From: Chiloscyllium plagiosum
Lineage: Eukaryota
DNA: 58,288 nucleotides
Direction: 5' to 3'
NCBI RefSeq assembly: GCF_004010195.1
Contig: NC_057737.1
Coordinates: 24,403,707 to 24,461,994 of the forward strand
The notes under the pieces are model-generated. The model did no database searches and was not told the DNA's origin. It saw nothing but the letters and a program-made list of their open reading frames with translations. Shown here piece after piece: positions 13,291-24,800 of the stretch (the stretch's first letter is position 1; every line of letters begins with the position of its first letter). The position numbers and the translations under genes were made by a program.

Positions 13291-14957
13291 TATATGACTG
13301 AATGCCTCCTCATCAGAGTTGTGCTCATTCAATCACTCATCAGAATTGAGGGTCTTGACTTTTTTGTATGTAAACTTTGTATTTGAGCCAATAAAAATAG
13401 AGATTCCTGTCACAATAGAAGAATGAAAGGTGAGCTTCTATGGGTTACTAGGAAGAGTGTCCATTACTACACAATCTTCAACATTTAATAGAAATAAACT
13501 GGTGCAGGATGAATTTCTCAAGAAATGTGTGTGTATATTCAGTCACTAAAAGATCAGTAGCACATTAAAAGCTGACAAAATGAAACTGCGGTATTGTTAG
13601 ATCTCCATGTACACTTGATCTAAATGCACCTTGTGAGACGGATATATGAGCTTATCATAAATCTAACCATGCTTTCTTAATTTTTGGTGTTGACAGTGTT
13701 CCAAAAAATATTGGATCCTAGTGGAGTACATCAGTCATTATGATCTCAAACCAGTTCATTGAATCTGAATTAAATCTTTCCATGTAATCAGGATATAATT
13801 ATCTTCAAGACTGGAACATTTGTCATGCTGTATAGCAACTCACTGAACAGTAAAAACCCTGGTTTCTGAAGACAGAATAAATACTTCCTGAAAATAAATG
13901 GATTTAAACCAAATTATAAGACATTCCTTAACACAAAATATAGGTAAGATGTGTACAGGTATCATAAAATGTACTTTAATAGTCAAACAGGAAATCATGT
14001 CATGCAGACACAATGGTTTTATTTCCTTCTTCAAGCTTTCATTTTTTATTTATTCTCCCAGATTGTGTATTACAATCCCTGGGTATCTGAACCCTGATCA
14101 TGTAAAAACATTTGCATAACTGCAATGTCAATTCAATTTCCCATAAATGTTGCATTAAGATACAACCACATCTAGGCCTCTCTGAACGTAGATACTGAGA
14201 AGGTTAAAGAATGTATTTACTTTGGCTATTATTAGTGAACTGGTATCCTGTTTACATTTGTAATCATTTGTCAATACTGTCAAATTTACATTACTATAAT
14301 TGTTATTATGCCAGTAATTTTAGATGAGTGGGTTAAAGATGCTAATGAAGGTGCAGGACAGTGCTAGCAACACCAAAGGCCGTTAAGCAAAAATGAGAAT
14401 GCTGCAAATGCACAGGTGTTGAATCAGAAAGGGATAAAAACATTTTATCTTATAAATAAAATTATGAGTGGGTGAAGGGACATGTTCCATTTATGCTGGA
14501 AACACTCAGCATATTTCAGTTGTAACCCTTTGTCAAAATATCCCAGTATTATCTGTTTATAATCCAGATTTTCAGTGTCTACACTTATTTTATTATTTTG
14601 CTAATGCTGAACCAACCTTTGATCTGTGTAAGTTTGTTGCTCCTGCTCTGATTCTGAAACATGTTTCCTGCTATCTTCACCCTGGTCATGGCTCCTAAAG
14701 GTAAGGTTTCAGATCGTGAGGGAATTTTTCATCACAACTTCACAGCAATCTTTATCTGTTTATTTGATTTGCTTCTGTTTTGGTTACAAATATAGAGTAT
14801 AGCAAAGCATTTTCGTGTTGATTCAGATTGAAATGCTTGAATAGTGTTACAGCAATTTTAATTTGTGGACCAGAAATATTGCTGCAGAAATAATGGGATC
14901 TGAAACCACAACCAGATCAGCCATGATCTTGAATGATTAAGCTGCCTGTAAGGGTCA

Positions 14958-15045
14958 GAAGGGCTTTTGCCCGAAACGTCGATTTCGCTGCTCTTTGGAT
15001 GCTGCCTGAACTGCTGTGCTCTTCCAGCAACACTAATCCAGAATG
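14958..15045 (+). mobile_element. Penelope pLTR fragment
   Basis: gaagggcttttgcccgaaacgtcgatt…ccagcaacactaatccagaat; the hammerhead core is truncated 5' of stem II. An older fragment lies at 15333-15425. Confidence 0.75.
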
Positions 15046-15519
15046 TAAGGGTCAGTGGCCTACTCTTGCTCCTAAATCCTATGTTAATTCTCAAGGCATA
15101 ATAAGTTCCAAATTTAATTACAATAACTGGTTCCAGCACCAAAAGAAAATTGGGATGGGGAGAATAAGACCTGCCACAAACTTGGTAACATTTTAAAAAT
15201 TGCAAAGGTTTGTAAACTGGCATCAAAGAATCATAGAGTTTCACGGAGCTGAATGTACATAAAGTGAAACATATGGGGGAACCTGCTATCCCTCTGATAT
15301 AATAGAACGAGAACACGAAGAGTAACTGGCAACGTTACCTCTGCTTTCTCTCCAAAGATGCTGCCAGACCTACTGCGTTTTCCCAACAATTTCTGTTTTT
15401 GTTTCTGACTTCCAACATCTGCAGTTCTTTGATTTTTTTTTGTAAAGTGTTCAACGCACTGTTACTGGCAGGTTTCTCCGATTTTGTGGTCAACTGAAAA
15501 GGAGTTACCAAGTCCCTCA

Positions 15520-15843
15520 TTTGTGTACCGCGGTCTGTGCAGCGACTGCTCGTGACATCACGAGGGCGTGGTGGTTCCTAGGAGACCAGAATGTTACATA
15601 GTCCCCGATTATTTACTTCAGGCTCAGTCGCGGCGCTGGCCTTGGCTCCACTAAGCCATAGGCTCGCGAAGAGCTGCTGACCCAGCTGTAAACTGTTCGC
15701 TTGCAACGCTGTCCGCCTCCCGCCTCTGCCAATCTCGGTCGCTGGCTACAGCTCCCTGCACGGAGTGGAAGGAGATGGCTCAACATCGTAACTGAGCTCA
15801 TGGCCCTTTTTTGCCTTTCTAAGAAGCCAGTTCATTCTACACA
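15520..15843 (+). promoter_or_regulatory. CpG-rich promoter / 5' leader of the AIFM3-like gene
   Basis: Local CpG enrichment in an otherwise CpG-poor window. Palindrome CTCGTGACATCACGAG (15549-15564) with a CRE-like TGACATCA core, GC box GGGCGTGG (15564-15571), X-box-like GTTCCTAGGAGAC (15574-15586). The TSS cannot be determined. Confidence 0.65.
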
Positions 15844-15868
15844 ATGGGAGCATCCAGATCCAAATCAG
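15844..15868 (+). CDS. AIFM3: AIFM3-like coding exon 1 (MGASRSKS + 1 nt)
   Basis: Strong Kozak context acaATGG and donor CAG|GTACCG. Phase 1 matches exon 2 (G|TT = Val). Lies at the end of a CpG-rich block and encodes a myristoylation consensus like the MGGCFSK start of AIFM3. Confidence 0.75.
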
Positions 15869-18800
15869 GTACCGACATTAACGAGAAAGGCAATTCCTGT
15901 TTTAATTCACAAAGCAGCTTCCACATTGGGACCCAAAGTCATGGTTTAAAGGATACAACAAAATTTACATAATGCTAAATCTTCTGATGCAATTTCATTC
16001 AGATTTCAGTATTGTGCCCTGTTTCGAGATGAGCTGGGCTGTTATCATAAACACACAGGAAAGTAACCGAATATATTTCAATTTTCTAATAAAAATGTGG
16101 TTTCTAATATATTTTAAATGTGAATTATTTGTTATTTCATTTTACTCCGCTCCATTAGACAATTGAAGTGTGCCGTATGCGCAACTTGACTGATGAATTG
16201 TACTGTATCGTAATAGTCTGGGAATAACATTCATGCGATTAACATTTTTAGTATTTTATTACGTGTATTAACTTCACATTAAATCAGGCGTGTTTTTAGA
16301 ATGAAAACTGCTTCAACAGAATTTCCTAGCAAACGTAGGATTTACACCACTAGTCGCCAGTCGATTATTTAATCCACGAATTGTGAGTGGGTTTACGGTT
16401 TACAAATGTGTTATGTCAGTTGGTACAAATCGGACGTGTATTCGGTTCATTATAAATTATTTCTCAGATGCTGCGTAGGCAATTTTAAAGTTCGATATTA
16501 ACGTCTTCATGAATATATGAAATGTTATATTGTATTTTTCTTCTCTCTTACTAATGGACCTCCACTTATATCGCGCTTGGGCAGTCGAGAATTAGGGTCA
16601 CGCAGGTGAGAAAGCTATGGGGTAGAGTGGGGTGTGGGAGAAAGAAGAGGGGAGGTGAAGGCTCGGTAGGATCAGTGCATTGGGAAAAGAAAAGGCTTGC
16701 AGTGCTAGAGAAAGAAGTGGAGGAAGAGGAGCAACAGAATTTAATGGAAGTTTCATGACATTTCTTCAGAGGTTTGGGGGGAATGGGAGGGGAATGTCAT
16801 GGGAGTTGCTCCACTTCTGCTCCTCGTTAAGCTCGGGAGAAAGAGGATTGAAAGCTTGTATAACATAGAATTCTCGTGCATTCTTTGCTGATCGCTAATG
16901 GGTATGTACATAATATAGGCTTTAACTCGTTCAATTATACCTTTTTTATATAGCTTACACACGTGTGTTTTAAGAAAAAATCCTATCATTTGACAGTTCG
17001 TCCCCACTTGATTTTAAAGTCAAGGTGAGATTTAAAATTAATAGTTGTGACATCCAAACCCTAAGGTTGGTGGACAGCAAAATTGTGTGAGAAATTACTA
17101 GTATTGCAATATTAGTCTTTCAAGGGAACCACTTATATCAAACAAAACATTTCCTTTATTTGATTAATTTTATTATACAAAACTGTAAGTAAGCAATAAT
17201 TAAGGCAGATAGTATATAACCACTTGTATATTTGTATTTGGCCAGAAGACATAGTGCTAAAGTTCTACAAGTTTTACAATATCTAGTTTATAACAGTAAC
17301 TTGTGGCTAGATACAAAACTCAAATACTTCCTGGATTGTATTTCCTTTTGGAGTTAGTCATTTTCAGAATGAGTAATACACAGGTTAGATTCTCGTTTGT
17401 CATTTTCCATTAGCGAGCAAATTTTAATAATGGCTATGTTCCATAAGTTTTGCTTCCTTACAAAGCTTATTAGTATTGATTTGTGAACAGAAATTGCATT
17501 TGAGAAATAACTTGGAAATCATTCCCTCCCTGTTGACTATATTAAATTCTATTCAACCATATAACATCCACAAGAACAGCGAAAGTTGAGAATATGTAGT
17601 TAGAAAACTATTTTGATACTTACTTGGTATTTGATAAGGTTTAATCTACCAGGAAATTTCTAGTATGGGTGAGATTGACATTTATTGGAAATCCCACTGG
17701 GAGTGGGGGAACATAAGAAATAGAAGGAGAAATGGGCTTTTTGGCTCTTTGAGTATGTTCTGCCATTCAATAAGATCATGGCTGACTTTCTGCTTCAACA
17801 CCATTTCCTGCACTATTCAGTATCGCTTAAAGTTTTTAACATTTAGAAATCAATTAATCTCAATCTTGAACATATTGAATGTTCAAGATTCACAGCCCCT
17901 TGGGTCAGCGAATTCCAAAGATTCGCTAGCCTTTGAGTGAAGAAATGCCTTCTCATCTCATGCCTAAGTAGCCTGCCCTTTGTTCTGACACTGTGCCCCT
18001 GTTTCTCCAACCCCATCCCCAGTACAAAGAAATGGGTTTCCTGTTTCTACATTGTCAAATCCTGCAGGAATTTTGTGGATTTGAATGAGATAATGTCTCA
18101 TTCCGGTAAAATCCAGAGTGTAAAGGCTCGCATCATGTAATCTTTCCTCAGAGGACGATCCTTTCAATTAGTTTGATGAATCTTGTATTTATTTTATGGC
18201 AAGAATTTTTCCATCGGCAAGAAGATCAAAACTATACACAATACTCCAAGTGTGGTCCAACCAAGACTTTGTATAACTGCAGTAAGACATTTTTACTCAA
18301 TAAGGGTCAACTGGCAATATGTGGAGCATATCCACTGAGCTGCTTTTGTTGCTTTATGGAAATTTGGATTTTGAAGTTTGCTATTTCACCATAACCTTCC
18401 AATTCATCTCTACTCTTCCTTGGTCTGCAGAATCTGAGTTGCATTTCTTTTGGATGTTAACTGTGCTCTGCTTCCCATGCTGCTTAACAATAACCTGACC
18501 AGCAGTGTTTATAAAGGGAAAGCCTTATAATTGATAATGTAAACATAATTGCTGAGATAGTCATCACAGTTGGAGATGACATATCTGTAATTCTTATGAT
18601 CCTACAGAAGTGGTGGGGGAGGGGGGGGAATCTCAAATAATTTTTGTCCATCTTTTTTCCTATGCAGTTGACCTTCCTACATTTCATGGATCTGAAAGCC
18701 AGGAAAATGAATTATCTGAGGGCAAACAAAGGCGCAAGCATAGTTTGAAAGAGAAGCCTGAGCCTTTATTTGAAAAAGAAGTTTGTTTGGCTTCTGAGAT

Positions 18801-21800
18801 GCAAGATAATGAGTAAGTACTTGCATTTTATAACCACAGTCTTCAAAATATTAGTACTTTTCTATTTAAGGACTTATCGTTTACAGACTGATTTACTGTA
18901 TTTGATTAGGCAATTGAAAGCTTTTTACCAAAGTACTTTCTTTGACTCCTGCACTGCCTTAAGGAAAATGTATTGATTGTTGAAGGTACAATTGAAATTG
19001 AAAATGTATCCATAGCATGTGCACCAATTTATATTTATCCCAATATAATAAATGTTTGCACCAGACCTTATCTTAACACATATTGAACAGATAAATCTTA
19101 GTTTCAAATACTTTCAAAATAAAGACACAATAAACCAGGATGCTGCCTGTCATTGCTTGCTTGCTTGCTTACACCAGACTGATAATAAAATGTATTAATT
19201 GTTTATTTTTTACTTTATATTGTCTTTACCCATTTGTTGTTGAAAGTCATTTTATCCATATTTCTGAGATTTGAGTGGTATTTGTGATTGAACTTCTTAT
19301 GCTACGTTATAAGACCATAAGACCATAAGACATAGGAGTGGAAGTAAGGTCATTTGGCCCATCGAGTCCACTCCGCCATTCAATCATGGCTGATGGGCAT
19401 TTCAGCTCCACTTACCCGCACTCTCCCTGTATCCTTTAATTCCTTGCGAGATTAAGAATGTATCAACCTCTGCCTTGAAGACTTTTAACATTCTGGCCTT
19501 CACTGCACTCCATGGTAGTGAATTCCACAGGCCCACCACTCTCTGGCTGAAGAAATGTCTCCTCATTTCCATTCTGTTTCTGTTTCAAATCTATTAGTGT
19601 AGCGTCCACCTAAGCCAAAGTTTGTAATGTCCAAACTATTGGCGTGTGGTGTAACCCATTTTTAATAATGTTTGGATGTCTCTTTGAATAACTTGTGTGC
19701 TGTTATGAATTGGGAACATCCCTCTCTATCCATGAGTGACTTAGGTTTAACTCTGGCATGTTGCTTCAAATTTTCTTTATTTCCACTACTATATATTTCA
19801 CATTTTTAGTAAGTACATCTCTCCCTTGTACAGACTATTTACTTTTCTCTTCATAGATTCTTGCATAATGATTCATGATGTTACTGTTATATCCTGATAT
19901 GTGTCATTATCTCATTAGCATAACCATTAAACCATGACACTCTACATGCTTCAGTTCAGATCATAGTTCGCTCTTAGTTCACCAACTCTTATTTAGGGAG
20001 GATGGCCAGAGAAAACTAATGGATAGAAATGGCTAGCTTAGCCTGCTCATCAACATGATGGCTAGATGATTGTGGCTAAGATTCCAACTTAGAACATAGC
20101 ATATTACAGCGCAGTACAGGCCTTTTGGCCCTTGACGTTGCGCCGAACTGTGAAACCAACCTGAAGCCCATCTAACCTACACTATTCCATTATCATCCAA
20201 ATGATTACCCAATGACTATTTAAATGTCCTTAAAGTGGGTGAATCTACGACTGTTGATTCCACACCCTTACTATTCTCTAAGTAAAGAACCTACCTCTGA
20301 CATCTGTCCTATATCTATCACTCCTCAATTTAAAGCTATGTCCCCGCTTTATGCTAGCCATCACCATCCAAGGAAAAGGACTCTCACTGTCCACTTTATC
20401 TAATCCTCTGATCATCTTGTACGTCTGTATTAAGTCACCTTTTAGCCTTCTTCTCTCCAACGAAAACAGCCTCAAGTCCCTCAGCCTTTCCTCATAAGAC
20501 CTTCCCTCCATACCAGGCAACATTCTAGTAAATCTCCTCTGCACCCTTTCCAATGCTTCCGCATTGTTCCTATAATGCGGTGACCAGAACTGTATGCAAT
20601 ACTCCAAGTGTGGCTACACCAGCGTTTTGTGCAACTGCAACATAACTTTATGGTTCCAAAACTCAATACCTCTACCATAAAAGCTAACACACCATACACT
20701 TTCTTAACAACCCTATCAACCTGGATGACAACTTTCAGGAATCTATGCACATAGACATCGAGATCTCTCTGTTCATCGACGCTACCGAGCCCAGTACTCT
20801 GTATTACTGTTACTCCTTCCAAAGTGGATCACCTCACACTTTTCCACATTAAAGTCCACTTGCCACCTCTCAGCCCAGCTCTGCAGCTTATCTATGTCCC
20901 TCTGTAATCTGCAACATGCTTCAGCACTGTGTACAACTCTACTGACCTTAATGTCATTTGCAAATTTACTAACACATCCTTCAACACCCTCATCGAGGTC
21001 ATTTATAAAAATGACAAACCGCAGTGGCCCCAAAATAGATCCTTGCTGTACGCCACTAGTAACTGAACTCCAGGATGAACATTTCCCATCAACCATCACT
21101 CTCTGTCTTCTTACAACTTGCCAATTTCTGATCCATACTGCTAATCAGCCTCAATCCCATGCCTCCGCATTTTCTGCAATAGCCTACTGTGGGGAACCTC
21201 ACCAAACGCTTTACTGAAATCCATATACACCACATCAAACACTTTACTACATAGGCACCAACAACATAGGTGGGAAAAGGGATGGGGATGCAAGGCAGAA
21301 ATTCAAGGACCTAGGGTGGAAGCTTAGAGCTAGAACAAACAGAGTTGTTATCTCTAGTTTGTTACCTGTGCCACGTGCTAGCAAGGTGAGGATTAGGGAG
21401 AGAGGGCAGTTGAACACATGGCTGCAGGGATGATGCCAGAGAGAGGGATTCAGATACCTGGATAATTCAATCTGGGGTAGGTGGGACCTCTACAAAGAGG
21501 ATGGTCTTCATCTGAACCAGAGGGGTACCAATATCCTGGCAGGGGCAGGGTGGAGGGGCCTATGTGGACCATGACTTGGGGCTTCTCCCCCTCCCCCTTA
21601 AGGGGAGACATCACGCATACTGTCACCTGGGAGGCAATACACCAACTGTGAGTTTTTCTAGTTCCCACAGAATCTCCTCTCTGTTTCCCCCTCACTATGG
21701 AATCCCCAGTAACTAATGTTCTACTTCTCTCCCTGCTTCTCTTGTAAGCAAAAGAGATCTACTTTATGCCAGAGACCTGTGCCCCATTGCATAGCCCCCC

Positions 21801-24800
21801 CCAACAGTATCCAAAACAGTGTACTAGTTACTGAGGGAAACTTCCATAGGGGATCCTTGCATTGTCAGCCTTTCCCTTTCCATCCCTTGACTGTAACCCA
21901 TCTACCTTTTTCCTGTATCTGAGGTATGACTACTCCCTGTCACTCCTCTCAATTACTGCCTCCACCTCCCGAATGGTCTGAAGTTCATCCAGCTCCAGCT
22001 CCAGTTCCCTAACGTGGTTTCTGAGGAGATGGAGTTGGGTGCACTTCCCGCAGATGAAGTCAGCAGGGACATTAGTGGTGATCACTACCTCCCACATTCT
22101 ACAGGAGGGACATTTAACTGCCCTAACATCCATATCCACTGTTCTGAATTCCCAAAGAGACTATTGGAAAAAAAAACTAGTAACCCTACCAAATCGGTGC
22201 ACTGAACCTTTTGTTTTTGGTTAGAGGAGGAGAATGGGTGAGAGACACAAACTAAATGGTGTTTCAGGTAAAACAATCACCCAAAATATATTACCTCACT
22301 TACTCAGCCATTCCGTGTCTGCTCCTGCTCAGCGTGCGCTCCACTTATTCATGAGGTAAGGTTTTATAGAATGAATTTACCTTCCCGGCAGCCCCCTGGA
22401 CCTCGCTGTCACCGCTTCTGCTGCAAAAATACAAAAAACTTACTTCCTGTTATCATGACTTTGGATATGCATTTAATTTAAAGTTTAATTTTGACCATAT
22501 AAATTCTTATAATTTAAATCCTTAATGTAAAGTGTTGACCATAATAAGGCAGTCACAACCCATGGCGTTTGGATGGTGTAATGAAACAAATCTCTGAAAT
22601 TTGTCTCCCAATTCCACCATCATATTTGGTGCCGTGTGAGCAATAGAATATTTGTCAGCTGACAGTGTGAAATGCTGCAGCTTATTAGAAATACAAATAA
22701 TCATTGCGTGCACTGGTGATGTACGGACATTGGACAATGAGAAATCTATCCTTTAATCTCTGAGAAATCAGACCATAGCTAGTCTTGTACTATGTACAAT
22801 AACACATCTCTAGAGTGAGAGATGTGCTTTAATTCTCAGAGTGAGTTATTCATGATGCTTTTTTTAAAAAACTGTTTGATTAAGAGTGATCTATAGTTGT
22901 TAATTTTTGCATTGTTTAATTTATGTTAACTGCTTAACAACCTGGTAAAATTGTAGAACGCTGTGCAATTGTCTGACATTCTTCTTTTATGCATTGAAAA
23001 GTTTAGATAATTGCACATGATCATTTAGTTTCCCTTCAACACCTAACTTGTAATCGGAAATATGAACTTGAAAACCTACCATTTAAGTTTTCTGTGAAAA
23101 GTAAAAGTGTGCATTATATTTGAAATTGATTCTTCCAGTCAATTAATTTAAATCCTAATTTCTTAATATGCAAGGATATATAATGTTGAACTGGTTTTAC
23201 CATTGCTTAAAAATCTCTTCCAGTGATATTTAATATTATTTCCTGTGTTTAAATTAGTTTTAACTTTTTCTGTTCCACACAGGATGCGTGAGATTGAAAT
23301 CAACAACCACAAGCTACTTCTTATCAAAGCTAATGGAGAATTTAGTACCATAGGGCATTTGTGCACTCATTATGGAAGTCAGCTGGTCAATGGTAAAAAT
23401 ATTGTATTCCATGCATATTGTTTGTAATGCTACAAATAATTTGTTTGTTAATGAACAATTTGAGGCCAATAATTTTAAAGTACATTATGCTGATCATGGG
23501 TGTCGTGATTTGTCAGTGATCTGGAATCAGAATCCGAATTAGGGAACCCTGGATGACAAGAGATATTGAGGCTTTGACCAGAAAAAAGGAGGTATGGCTC
23601 AGGTACAGGCAGCTGGAATCAAGGGAATCCCTAGAGGTTATCTGGGATACAGAAGTTTACTGAGGAAAGAAATCAAGAGGGTGAAAAGGGGGCTGAGGTA
23701 GCCTTGGCTGAGAAGATTAGGGTGAATCTAAAGAGGTTCATTAAATATATTAAAGGAAAAAGAATAACTAGAGAGAATAGGACCCCTCAAGGACGAAAGT
23801 GGACATGTATGTGTAGAGCCGCAGGTGATAGACAAGGTCCTCAATGAATTTTTCTCCTCTGTGTTTATTGTGGAGAAAGAAATGAAGCCTTGGGAACTTA
23901 GGGAAGTTAGTGGTCATATCTTGGGGACAATCTATATCACAGCTTCACAGCTACCTGATGAAGGAGCAGCCTTCCAAAAGCTAATGCTTCCATATAAACC
24001 AGATGGACTATAACCTGGTGTTGTGTGATTTTTAAGTATATCACAGTAGAGGAGGTGTTGGATGTATTAGAATGTATGAAGGTGGATAAATCTCCTGACT
24101 AGATATATTGAAGAACACTGCTAGAGATTAGAGAAGAAATTGCATAATGGTTAGCTGTTGGTGAAGCCCTAGAAGACTGGAGGGCAGCAAATGTTGTGCT
24201 CTTATTCAAGAAGTGCTGCAGAGGAAAACCTGGAAGTGTAGACTAGTAACTGGTGGGTAAGTTACTTGAGAAGCTTCTGAGAGATAATATATACATGCAT
24301 TTTGAAAGACAGAGATTGATTTGGAACGGTCGGCACAGCTTTGTGCATGGGAGATCATGCCTCACAAATTTGTTAGAATTCTTCAATGAATTGACCAGGA
24401 AGGTTGACGAGGACAGAGTGGTGGAATGTGGTCTATATGGATTTCACTAAGGCATTTGATAAGGTTCAATTAGGTAGGCTGCTCTAGATCGCATGGAATC
24501 CAGGGGGAGCTGGCAAACTAGATACACAATTGGCTTGATGGTAAGAAGCAGAGAGTAATAAGGGAAGGATGCTTTTTGGACTGAAGGCCTATGATTAATG
24601 GAGTACCTCAGAGGTTGGTGCTGGGTCCATTGCTGTTTGTTATCTATATCAACGATTTGGATGAGAATGTGCGAGGCATGATTAGTAAGTTTGCAGTTCA
24701 CACTAAAATAGGTGGTAGTGTGGACAGTGAAAAAGGTTATCAGAAATTGCAGCAGGACCTTGATCAGCTGGGGATGTGGGTGAAGAAATAGCAAATGGAG

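Noticed and set aside
1-15500. Divergent minus-strand protein gene sharing the promoter
   Set aside because: No exon chain or recognisable protein found; the ORFs are repeat-derived or random.
15800-15832. MALFCLSKKPV as the true N-terminus (resembles AIFM3 MGGCFSKPKPV)
   Set aside because: Out of frame with exon 2 at the available donor, stops at 18748 and lacks Gly2; treated as a uORF.
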